A DNA stretch of 64,000 bases, from the IMG/VR virus record IMGVR_UViG_3300034356_003109. One strand, 5' to 3'. This document shows positions 1-7,424 of the stretch, piece by piece. Every line of letters starts with the position of its first letter. The stretch's first letter is position 1. The notes below the pieces were generated by a model. It searched no databases. It saw nothing but the letters and a program-made list of their open reading frames with translations, and was not told the DNA's origin. This DNA comes from an uncultured virus (IMG/VR IMGVR_UViG_3300034356_003109) (taxonomy: Duplodnaviria; Heunggongvirae; Uroviricota; Caudoviricetes). The translations under genes were made by a program, and so were the position numbers.

Positions 1-89
1 AGATTTGGCATCAAGATTCTCAACCCATACAGCTAGATTCTTGAACGCATCGGCTAGGTTCTTCTTATCGTATTTGTATTTCATATTAT

Positions 90-296
90 TTAATCTATAA
101 ATCCATTTACTTGTTTATTTTTCCACGCTTCAAGATTTTTGACTTGATCTTCAAGATTATAAAATGACTTGCGCGAAGATACATCATACAAGGCCCAGTT
201 GTCAATACCTTGTTTCTTGAAATAATTTCCAAGGAGCAGGGCTGCGTCCTTGACTTCTTGAGGGACTTCTATCCACAAATTAGGATCTGGATTCAT
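90..296 (-). CDS. hypothetical protein
   Basis: ORF in a tightly packed, overlapping minus-strand gene run. Confidence 0.6.
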   Translation of the reverse strand: MNPDPNLWIEVPQEVKDAALLLGNYFKKQGIDNWALYDVSSRKSFYNLEDQVKNLEAWKNKQVNGFID

Positions 297-486
297 AGTT
301 AAATAAAATCAACTTCACTTTATTAACTTTAATACCACATCTTTTTGCAATCTTATGTAGCGGCATATTATGCTCAAGTCTAAGATGCAATACGTTCATT
401 ATTATGATTAAGTCTTGTGCTTTTTTACCTTCATTATAAGCACTGCTATCTTGAGAATAAAGATTATAGAGTTGGGCTTCGTTCAT
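280..486 (-). CDS. hypothetical protein, possible C-terminal HTH
   Basis: Packed ORF; MPLHKIAKRCGIKVNKVK looks like a helix-turn-helix. Confidence 0.55.
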   Translation of the reverse strand: MNEAQLYNLYSQDSSAYNEGKKAQDLIIIMNVLHLRLEHNMPLHKIAKRCGIKVNKVKLILFNYESRS

Positions 487-668
487 TCTTCTAGCCTTTT
501 CATCTTCTTTACTTCTGTATCAGTAAAGAAACAACTATCTCCTTTATTATCTACAAAAAACTCAAATTCACATCCTTTAACCTCTCGACGAATGCCGAGG
601 TATGTTACTGTTTGTTTCCTACCAATAATGTCGGTATGAATGAATTTGTCTCCCGGTGTTGGTTTCAT
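483..668 (-). CDS. hypothetical protein
   Basis: ATGA overlaps with both neighbours. Confidence 0.6.
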   Translation of the reverse strand: MKPTPGDKFIHTDIIGRKQTVTYLGIRREVKGCEFEFFVDNKGDSCFFTDTEVKKMKRLEE

Positions 669-868
669 ATATCTTTTATATTACCTGAAAAATAATCCTT
701 GTTACTAATCACTCTATCACACACTTTACATTCCATCGAGGAAATAGTTCTTCGACTCCACTGACAAGTGTGCTTTTCGCCTTTAACGTAGAGAGTATGA
801 TCGTTCCCACAGTTTTGGCAAGGAATTTCTGCACTATCTTTGCAACAAAAGACGCATCTGTATTTCAT
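665..868 (-). CDS. small Cys-rich (zinc-ribbon) protein
   Basis: Start moved to ATG at 868 (MKYRCVFC); CxxC pairs CVFC, CQNC, CKVC. Confidence 0.6.
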   Translation of the reverse strand: MKYRCVFCCKDSAEIPCQNCGNDHTLYVKGEKHTCQWSRRTISSMECKVCDRVISNKDYFSGNIKDI

Positions 869-872
869 ATTA

Positions 873-1220
873 TTAGGACCACTTTCTATGCTCTTCATGG
901 ACTTCTTCATTCCCGTAATAATTGTGAATATACCATTTAACATCATCAGGCACTTCAACAATCTTCAATTTAGTATAACAACTATTAGCTAAATCGCCAA
1001 GCTGTTCGACAACTTCAACGAGAACTGGATCATTTCTTTCGATCTCCCATTCTGCAAATAAATTTTCGTTTTTTACTTCATTTAGAAAGTAATGAGTAAT
1101 GGTTTTAATTGCTTGATCTTGTTTAGCTATGATGTTAAGACCTTTCTTATCACCATATAATAGAACAGCTTCTTCGCTAAGAAGAAAGTCGCCGTGTTTT
1201 TTATTAATTACTATTTTCAT
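873..1220 (-). CDS. conserved phage protein, paralog of 9299..9595
   Basis: Shares VIN..F..S..A, R.(D/N)P.LVE.V..LG..AN and LKIVE.PDDV.W...E.HR.WS with 9299..9595. Confidence 0.8.
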   Translation of the reverse strand: MKIVINKKHGDFLLSEEAVLLYGDKKGLNIIAKQDQAIKTITHYFLNEVKNENLFAEWEIERNDPVLVEVVEQLGDLANSCYTKLKIVEVPDDVKWYIHNYYGNEEVHEEHRKWS

Positions 1221-1588
1221 ATCTTTTCAATACTAACGTTTTCATTATAATAACCATTTGATTCGCCAAGAAACCAAAACTCTAAACTGGCGTTTTTAGT
1301 TTTTAAAACATACTTAGTCCAAGTATGAGAATCATTATAATTGTCACCATACCAATCAGGATCATTTGCGCCAGCATCTTCTTCAGCAAAGATTATTTCT
1401 TCATTAAGAATATCTTTCTCGTCTCCAATAACATTTTCGACGAAAACGCTTTCGCAACAATCTTGTTCGTGATATAATTTATAAGTTGTTTGATTGGTTA
1501 CAATATGTACTTCTGGGCTGTTTTTTTCTAAACCAGTTATTTCTTTAACGATCTGACCCTTTAATTCGAAAAAATTTGCATCACTCAT
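1217..1588 (-). CDS. hypothetical phage protein
   Basis: Start at ATG 1588 follows TTGACA-17-CATCAT; motifs HEQDCCESV and GESNGYY. Confidence 0.7.
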   Translation of the reverse strand: MSDANFFELKGQIVKEITGLEKNSPEVHIVTNQTTYKLYHEQDCCESVFVENVIGDEKDILNEEIIFAEEDAGANDPDWYGDNYNDSHTWTKYVLKTKNASLEFWFLGESNGYYNENVSIEKI

Positions 1589-1654
1589 AATCGTGCGAAC
1601 ATGATGGCAGAAAAAAATTCCCTTGTCAAGCGGCATTTTTCGGTGTAAGAAAAT

Positions 1655-2572
1655 ATGATGACAACCTTAGAACAACTACTCGCAGATCACACAATTTTAA
1701 TTCAAAAAATAATCGCAGAAGCTAAGAACGAAGCTTTAAATGATGCGCCAAAAACAAAAATTACAATCACAAATTCTAGCGTTACTTCCGTTCAAACAAA
1801 ATTAGATCTATTTTCTCATATTTCTTCTAACTTCGATAATTTAATTAAAGATAAGAAAGAAAAGAATATATTAACACCTTATGCTAATCCTTATAATTGG
1901 CCCCGAAATAATAATTGTTGGGCAAAAAGTCTTGATCTAACTGGATATGCCGCTGCTGTCGTTCCTCTTGGTGGAGTTGGCGGCGGAACACTTATAACTA
2001 AGAAACATGTATTATTATCTAATCATGTGCCTTATTCAAATTCGCCATTTATGATTTTCTTTATAAACAATAATAATGTGTCACTTGTTTATAACGTCAT
2101 GAAAACAAAGCGAGTCGCCAATACTGATATATTAATTGGTGAATTAGATAAAGAAGTAGATTCTTCACTAAAAGTTTGCAGTGTGTTGCCAGCTAATTAT
2201 CTTAAATACTTTGATAAGCAAATTAATTTTCCTTTGTTGTATTCTGATCAAGAAAGAAAAGCTTTGATTGGCGAAAATGGTTTAATTAATATTACTTATG
2301 GATCAACAAATACATTAATAAATATGTCTAAAGACCCTAATAGAGCGCAATATTTTGAACCAGTTATTGGCGGCGACAGTGGCAATATTGTTTCTACTAT
2401 TATTAATAATGAGGTGGTATTAATTGGTGCTTGGTATATGACATTTGGAGCTATGGCCGGTTTAGGCACAAATATTCCTAGTTATATAACTGAAGTAAAT
2501 AACACAATAACATCATTAAGTAGTGGATATAAAGTTAATGAAGTAGACTTGAGTGGATTTAAAATGTATTGA
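1655..2572 (+). CDS. trypsin-like serine protease
   Basis: GGTLITKKHVLLSNH (His), TDIL (Asp), GGDSG (Ser) catalytic triad motifs. Confidence 0.8.
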   Translation: MMTTLEQLLADHTILIQKIIAEAKNEALNDAPKTKITITNSSVTSVQTKLDLFSHISSNFDNLIKDKKEKNILTPYANPYNWPRNNNCWAKSLDLTGYAAAVVPLGGVGGGTLITKKHVLLSNHVPYSNSPFMIFFINNNNVSLVYNVMKTKRVANTDILIGELDKEVDSSLKVCSVLPANYLKYFDKQINFPLLYSDQERKALIGENGLINITYGSTNTLINMSKDPNRAQYFEPVIGGDSGNIVSTIINNEVVLIGAWYMTFGAMAGLGTNIPSYITEVNNTITSLSSGYKVNEVDLSGFKMY

Positions 2573-2577
2573 AAGAG

Positions 2578-2659
2578 TTGGAGTAGCTAGACTTGCACTA
2601 GCGTAGGCTTGCGCCGGGAGATTTACAGTCTCCTGTAATTGCTGCTATACGATACTCCA
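2578..2659 (-). tRNA. tRNA-Tyr(GTA)
   Basis: Acceptor TGGAGTA/TACTCCA, anticodon arm GGAGA-CTGTAAA-TCTCC, long variable arm; T-loop TGCAAGT; no encoded CCA. Confidence 0.85.
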
Positions 2660-2668
2660 GTTAAAAAA

Positions 2669-2743
2669 TGGCTGATAGGGTTCGATTCGAACGAACATCG
2701 ACAAAATTAACAGTTTTGAGAATTACCATTATTCTACCTATCA
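2669..2743 (-). tRNA. tRNA-Asn(GTT)
   Basis: Anticodon loop CTGTTAA, T-loop TTCGAAT, 3' GCCA. Confidence 0.85.
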
Positions 2744-2751
2744 GTTTAAAT

Positions 2752-2829
2752 TGGCGTTCCCGACAGGATTCGAACCTGTGACCGAAAGCTTAGAAGGCTT
2801 TTGCTCTAATCCAACTGAGCTACGGGAAC
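2752..2829 (-). tRNA. tRNA-Arg(TCT)
   Basis: Canonical cloverleaf, loop CTTCTAA, GGTTCGAATCC, 3' GCCA. Confidence 0.95.
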
Positions 2830-2888
2830 GTAAAATCTACAACTATCTTATACTCTATTATAGTATTGTCAATAGTTTTAAAAATTAA

Positions 2889-2952
2889 ATCCCACTAGAA
2901 GTAAGTCTTTTTAAAGAACGGGGCATGAAGCCCCTTGTCCTTCTAATGAGAT
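2889..2952 (-). ncRNA. candidate small structured RNA (three-way junction)
   Basis: 13-bp closing stem ATCTCATTAGAAG/CTTCTAGTGGGAT with G-U pairs on the minus strand, enclosing GGGGC-TTCAT-GCCCC. Confidence 0.4.
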
Positions 2953-2968
2953 AAATTATTTAAAGAAC

Positions 2969-3142
2969 TGGATGACCATGACTTGCGAATATACGAGGAT
3001 TTCACTATTGTTCCATATATTATGGAAAATCAATACATTTACTTTCGAACATATATGTACTTTTTTTCCAAATGTCTTCTCGTTCAATTTCAGTCTCCCC
3101 TACTGTCTTGTAGCGTGCTATAATTCTATACACCAATGGTCA
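2969..3142 (-). ncRNA. tRNA-like RNA with about 100-nt insert at the T-loop position
   Basis: Perfect 7-bp acceptor TGACCAT/ATGGTCA plus T-CCA; D-stem GTGT/GCAC; aberrant anticodon arm; GACT/AGTC T-stem enclosing a long insert. Confidence 0.55.
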
Positions 3143-3147
3143 AAATT

Positions 3148-3305
3148 AATACCCATTTTTTTCTCAGTGTAAAGTGACTATAAACATTATCACTTGGGCG
3201 CACTGTATGTATTCGCAGATCAGGTCGCTCAGTTGTCTAATATACCGGATTATTTCCAGTACCCCAAACTACGTCTTAGTGACGACTGCCCTCATTGCTG
3301 CAAAA
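3148..3305 (-). ncRNA. candidate structured RNA(s) in tRNA cluster spacer
   Basis: Nested stems TTTGCAG/CTGCGAA, CGTC/GACG, TACTGGA/TCCGGTA, CAGTG/CACTG, AAGTGAT/GTCACTT; GC-richer than surroundings. Confidence 0.4.
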
Positions 3306-3323
3306 TTATTAAAAGAACAAAAG

Positions 3324-3405
3324 TGGTCCCGCTGGCGAGTTCGACCTCGCAATCCAAAAGGCGAGGGTTTTTAAGACCCTTGTGTATACGTTCCACCACA
3401 GCGGG
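3324..3405 (-). tRNA. tRNA-Leu(TAA)
   Basis: Acceptor CCCGCTG/CAGCGGG-ACCA; AGGGT-CTTAAAA-ACCCT; 6-nt T-loop. Confidence 0.85.
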
Positions 3406-3408
3406 ATT

Positions 3409-3451
3409 AAAAGAACACACACAATTTACTAGAAACTGTGGCCCCTGTCAA
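3409..3451 (-). promoter_or_regulatory. sigma70-like promoter followed by boxA-like element
   Basis: TTGACA-17-TAAATT, then GTGTTCTTTTAA just before tRNA-Leu. Confidence 0.7.
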
Positions 3452-3462
3452 GGGGAAAAATT

Positions 3463-3537
3463 TGGTAGTCCATGAGAAAATCGAATTCTCGTTTCCGCCG
3501 TGAAAGGGCAGTGTCATAACCACTAGACCAATGGACC
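3463..3537 (-). tRNA. tRNA-Glu(TTC)
   Basis: GGTCCAT acceptor, loop CTTTCAC, TTCGA T-loop, 3' ACCA. Confidence 0.9.
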
Positions 3538-3599
3538 GCTAAAATTTTATTGAAAGAACTAGCTCAAATCTTATAATAAAGTGTAATAAGAATTGAACT

Positions 3600-4151
3600 A
3601 TGGATAAATCTACGCTAGAGACCTACGTTAGTCAAGGTCTTTCCACTCACCAAATCGCAAAATCAACGAACAAAAGTCAAACTAATGTTAGGTATTGGCT
3701 TAACAAATTCAATTTAAAAACTAAAGGTATTTCTTTTGCCCAAGGATACGCTTTAAAAGAAAAAATTATTGAAAATGAAATTGAATACAAGATATGTCCA
3801 AAATGCCAACAAAAGAAAGAGCTTCTTAAAGAGTTTTATATTAAGGAAGATAAATACGCTCATGCTTGGTGCAAAGCCTGTTCTAATAAAAATACTATTG
3901 CAACTCAACAAAGACTTAAAAAGCAAGCGGTACAATACAAAGGAGGTAAATGCGTAAAATGTGGTTATAATAAATATGATGGAGCTTTAGACTTTCATCA
4001 TCTTGATCCAAGTAAAAAAGACTTCAGCATATCAAAACGTAAAAACTCTTCATTAGAAGTTATAAAAGCGGAATTAGAAAAATGCATATTAGTTTGCCGT
4101 AACTGTCATGCTGAATTACATTTCAATGAGAGATGTGAAAGAACAAATTAA
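3600..4151 (+). CDS. HNH endonuclease with N-terminal HTH and zinc fingers
   Basis: HTH-like STHQIAK..., CPKC/CKAC, CVKC, DFHHLDP...KCILVCRNCHAELH. Confidence 0.85.
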   Translation: MDKSTLETYVSQGLSTHQIAKSTNKSQTNVRYWLNKFNLKTKGISFAQGYALKEKIIENEIEYKICPKCQQKKELLKEFYIKEDKYAHAWCKACSNKNTIATQQRLKKQAVQYKGGKCVKCGYNKYDGALDFHHLDPSKKDFSISKRKNSSLEVIKAELEKCILVCRNCHAELHFNERCERTN

Positions 4152-4156
4152 AATTT

Positions 4157-4232
4157 TGGTAGCCCCGGTGAGATTTTCGCTCACAATCAATCCCTTATAA
4201 AGAGAACGCTTTTGATGTTAAGCTACGGGGCT
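4157..4232 (-). tRNA. tRNA-Ile(TAT)
   Basis: Acceptor AGCCCCG/CGGGGCT-ACCA; anticodon loop TTTATAA; non-canonical T-loop CGAAAAT. Confidence 0.8.
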
Positions 4233-4257
4233 AATAAAAAATATATAATAGTCTCTG

Positions 4258-4331
4258 TGGGCCATGAAGGGTACGATCCTTCAACCTACGAATTATGAGT
4301 TCGTTGCACTAACCAATTGTGCTAATGGCCC
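4258..4331 (-). tRNA. tRNA with CAT anticodon (Ile2-like or elongator Met)
   Basis: GGGCCAT/ATGGCCC acceptor, ACGAA-CTCATAA-TTCGT; no encoded CCA. Confidence 0.85.
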
Positions 4332-4373
4332 ATAGAAACTACTACATATTAAATTTTAAAAGAACTGAAAAAA

Positions 4374-4447
4374 TGGTAGGACTGGAGGGTAACGCTCCCT
4401 CTTCAATAGATTAAAAGTCTATTGCATCACTTTAATGCTTCAATCCC
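4374..4447 (-). tRNA. tRNA-Lys(TTT)
   Basis: ATAGA-CTTTTAA-TCTAT anticodon arm; T-loop AGCGTTA; 3' ACCA. Confidence 0.85.
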
Positions 4448-4449
4448 AT

Positions 4450-4492
4450 TTAAAGAACACGATCAATTTACCATACTTTCACTGATTGTCAA
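4450..4492 (-). promoter_or_regulatory. sigma70-like promoter followed by boxA-like element
   Basis: TTGACA-16-TAAATT, then GTGTTCTTTAAA just before tRNA-Lys. Confidence 0.7.
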
Positions 4493-4927
4493 GGGATTCT
4501 TGATACCTTCTGGAATTTCTGTGATCCCCGCATGAATCTCACCGTGACAATTCGCACAAACCAAAATACATTTTTTCAACTCATTTACTAATTCTTCATC
4601 TGATTTTCTTTTTCTTACTATCGCATCTGAAATAGTAAACTTTTTATCTGTACCGGGAAGATGATGAAAACTCAGTACGCTTTGACACTTATCATAAGAA
4701 CAAATTTGACATTTGCCGCCAAACTTATTTCTTACTTCTTCTTTCTTTGCAAATCTATTAGTCTTTTTAAAAGTCTTAGATCGATTTTGATGGCTTTTTT
4801 GATAACCTAGATCTATGTAATAAGAAACTAATGTTCTTGAACATTTGAGAAGCTTAGAAATTTCATTTCCTGTTTTGCCCTCAGATCTTAATCTGAGGAT
4901 TTCTTCTTTATACAAACTTCTTTTCAT
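4463..4927 (-). CDS. HNH endonuclease with N-terminal HTH
   Basis: Start moved to MKRSLYK because the upstream extension overlaps tRNA-Thr; CQIC, FHHL...KCILVCANCHGEIH. Confidence 0.85.
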   Translation of the reverse strand: MKRSLYKEEILRLRSEGKTGNEISKLLKCSRTLVSYYIDLGYQKSHQNRSKTFKKTNRFAKKEEVRNKFGGKCQICSYDKCQSVLSFHHLPGTDKKFTISDAIVRKRKSDEELVNELKKCILVCANCHGEIHAGITEIPEGIKNPLTISESMVN

Positions 4928-4933
4928 AAAAAT

Positions 4934-5008
4934 TGGAGCTTCGCCAGAGACTTGAACTCTGCTCTGAGGTTTACAAAACCTCTGCATCGCCATCTATGCT
5001 TGCGAAGC
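4934..5008 (-). tRNA. tRNA-Thr(TGT)
   Basis: GCTTCGC/GCGAAGC-TCCA; GAGGT-TTTGTAA-ACCTC; TTCAAGT T-loop. Confidence 0.9.
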
Positions 5009-5026
5009 GTACTTGAATATCTTACA

Positions 5027-5956
5027 CTATTTCTTTATAGTTTCTAAAGCTTTACATCCATTAGTAGTAATATATCTAATACTATCAATACTAATAAAGC
5101 CTTTACGAATTAAATACAATTCATGATCGCGCTGAATCGCGGTTCTTGACAAACCAGTTTTTGCAGCGAGCATAGAAAGAGTACAGCTACCTTCTTTACG
5201 CAAGATATTTAATATCTGCCATTCAATTCTATTTAAACCATAAGGTAAAATACCAAGAATAAAGAAAAGCTTTTGTGCATCTTCTTTTGTGAAGTCAGTT
5301 ATCTCGTATCTATCTGTATATAACTTAACCTCTTTAGCGCGGAGGACGCAAGACCGTGCGTTACCTCTGGATGTTTCGGACAACATTGAAAGAGCATCTT
5401 CATCAAAATTAATATTTGGCAAAGACTTTTGAAAGATCTCTCTCAACTCGCTCGTATTATAATCTGCAAATTCAATCGTCGTCAATCGATCACGCAACGG
5501 AATAAATAGCTTATCTGATTCAGTTGTCGCGAATATAAAATGATGCTTCTTGAAATTGAAGATGTAATTATTTTTGCCGCCATTATATTCTATTACATGA
5601 TCTTTCTCTGTAGAAAGAATAGATAGTAGAGCATAACTAAAATCTCTTGGCAAACAATGCGCTTCATCAAAGAAACAAATAATTTCTTGATCTTGAATGT
5701 GGGGCAGAAAAACTTGTTCAAAAAACTGATTCCCCGATTTAATACTAGAACTATTTAGTTCAAGTAGTGGCTTATTAACTCCGGTGGTGTTATAAATGTT
5801 CTTAGCAAATTCGCGAACAAACGCGGTCTTGCCTAAACCTTTTGCGCCAACGAAGTTTAAAAACGGTACAAGTTCAGTCTTAGCGTGAGCTTCCAAATAA
5901 AAGGAAAGCTTGCGTTTAACTTCTTCTTGTCCAACAAGTTCAGCGAAGTGATTCAT
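5027..5956 (-). CDS. ruvB: RuvB-like AAA+ ATPase (Holliday junction branch migration helicase-like)
   Basis: F.ELVGQ start, Walker A GAKGLGKT, Walker B FFDEAH, FATT, PLRDR, SRGNAR sensor, C-terminal winged helix. Confidence 0.75.
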   Translation of the reverse strand: MNHFAELVGQEEVKRKLSFYLEAHAKTELVPFLNFVGAKGLGKTAFVREFAKNIYNTTGVNKPLLELNSSSIKSGNQFFEQVFLPHIQDQEIICFFDEAHCLPRDFSYALLSILSTEKDHVIEYNGGKNNYIFNFKKHHFIFATTESDKLFIPLRDRLTTIEFADYNTSELREIFQKSLPNINFDEDALSMLSETSRGNARSCVLRAKEVKLYTDRYEITDFTKEDAQKLFFILGILPYGLNRIEWQILNILRKEGSCTLSMLAAKTGLSRTAIQRDHELYLIRKGFISIDSIRYITTNGCKALETIKK

Positions 5957-6207
5957 TACTGAGAGATAGTAAATTCTGCAACAGGCTCTTCGTCAAGCTG
6001 ATTCAGAATATCTTGAGGAATCGAATCACCGTCCTGAACCGACGCTGTAGGAACGTTGCTGTACTTGCCATACCAAACACGGCCAACAGTAACAGTGGCA
6101 TTTACATCGTTGTTAAGCTTCGCAAGAAGCTCGGCCAACGTGATTTCAATAGTGGAGGTTGCACCAATGGGGCGACCACGACCTTTTTTAGCTGATGGGT
6201 TTTCCAT
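5956..6207 (-). CDS. small AT-hook protein
   Basis: Start ATG 6207 after TTGACA-16-TAAAGT; KKGRGRP AT-hook; acidic C-terminus. Confidence 0.65.
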   Translation of the reverse strand: MENPSAKKGRGRPIGATSTIEITLAELLAKLNNDVNATVTVGRVWYGKYSNVPTASVQDGDSIPQDILNQLDEEPVAEFTISQ

Positions 6208-6286
6208 ACGAGATGACTTTAGCAGGTTTTTAGAGGTTGTCAACGGCTTATGCAAGATTTTTTGAAAAAAGTGAGGAGTAGGGACG

Positions 6287-6395
6287 AAAAAAGACCCGAT
6301 GTCAAAACACAAGTTTGATGCGCTTCGGGTCTTGCTGTTTTTTAATCAAAAGATTAAAGTTTGAACAGTTTATGTTGCGCTAATATATATTACAC
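6287..6395 (-). ncRNA. candidate stand-alone small RNA ending in an intrinsic terminator
   Basis: GTGTAA motif at 6390-6395, hairpin TTTAATC-TTTT-GATTAAA inside CTGTT/AACAG, terminator AAGACCCGA...TCGGGTCTT-TTTT; no ORF inside. Confidence 0.45.
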
Positions 6396-6398
6396 TAT

Positions 6399-6569
6399 TT
6401 ATTCATTTTCACGACAATTATCTTCTTCTTCATCATCATCTGTAAGATTGTTGTCTATTTCATCTGCATAATCTTCGTAGCAAAATATGCAAACTATCTT
6501 TTTACCGACTTTTTGGTAATCGTCGTTTTCAGTGTCGATAAATTCGTTGCAGTATAAACATTTTTTCAT
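6399..6569 (-). CDS. small acidic zinc-finger protein
   Basis: Read by hand: MKKCLYC...VCIFCYED...DDDEED, 56 aa. Confidence 0.55.
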   Translation of the reverse strand: MKKCLYCNEFIDTENDDYQKVGKKIVCIFCYEDYADEIDNNLTDDDEEEDNCRENE

Positions 6570-6621
6570 ACTTATATTCTATTTGTACATATCATACAAG
6601 TAAATGGGAAAAAATAAAACA

Positions 6622-6897
6622 TTATTCTTTACTTTTTGCGATAAACTTATTATATACAAGTTTACCTAGATTGGCGGCGAACTTTCTGGCTTTTCTTTCT
6701 GGTAAATCAAATAGGTGTGCATGAAATACTTCTTCAATCAATACGTTTAATTGGCGGCGGGTTAATAGCCTAGGATCAACATGAATTTGAGGGCTTTCTA
6801 TTTCTGGAGAATCGCACAAACCAGAAGCGTTTTGTCGCCCTAATGGTTTATTATAATTAACTGTATATTCTACACCCTCGAAATTCTTGAATTTCAT
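6622..6897 (-). CDS. hypothetical protein, zincin-like fold
   Basis: GLC...I.VD...VLIEEVFHAH resembles HExxH with the first His replaced by Glu. Confidence 0.5.
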   Translation of the reverse strand: MKFKNFEGVEYTVNYNKPLGRQNASGLCDSPEIESPQIHVDPRLLTRRQLNVLIEEVFHAHLFDLPERKARKFAANLGKLVYNKFIAKSKE

Positions 6898-7424
6898 ACT
6901 TCGTTCATTTTAGATAGACCAACGATATAATTCAATGGATTTTTAGCTCCGTAACGCTTTATTGTTTTATTTGTATCGAAATCGTTTCTTGAGATAACAC
7001 CTAGTAGTTCGATATCAATTGCATTTTCTGCATTTACTGTTAACGCTTTTAAGATTTTTTCTTTATTTGTTCTCGCTAAAATATATTTTTTTGGCTTTTT
7101 AGAGTCAAACTCTGTAACTTTTATTTTTAACTCTGGTTCGCCATGACCATAATAAGTTATTGTTTTAATTTCCTCACCATCAAAATCTTCAGAGTCTCGT
7201 ACTTCATATATATTTTCATCAACAGATCTATTTGTGTGCTTGGCCCACGCATATTCGCCAACTATACCTATAAAATGAGGCAAATAGTTCTCGACTGGAT
7301 TATTAAGATCTCTATCCATTAATATTCCAGTATTTTTTATATTATCTGATTTAGCATCGTGCCTTTTTTTAGCCAAAGCTAATATGTAATTTATTTCTTT
7401 TTTTGTAATTGTTATAGTTTTCAT
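6894..7424 (-). CDS. hypothetical phage protein
   Basis: Packed ORF, 176 aa. Confidence 0.7.
   Translation of the reverse strand: MKTITITKKEINYILALAKKRHDAKSDNIKNTGILMDRDLNNPVENYLPHFIGIVGEYAWAKHTNRSVDENIYEVRDSEDFDGEEIKTITYYGHGEPELKIKVTEFDSKKPKKYILARTNKEKILKALTVNAENAIDIELLGVISRNDFDTNKTIKRYGAKNPLNYIVGLSKMNEV

Noticed and set aside
2969..3142. tmRNA
   Set aside because: No G3-U70 Ala identity pair and no TTC T-loop; it has a D-stem and is too short.
2972..3475. Plus-strand ORFs 2972..3172, 3174..3374 and 3194..3475
   Set aside because: They lie antisense to tRNA-Leu/Glu and structured RNAs and have no protein motifs.
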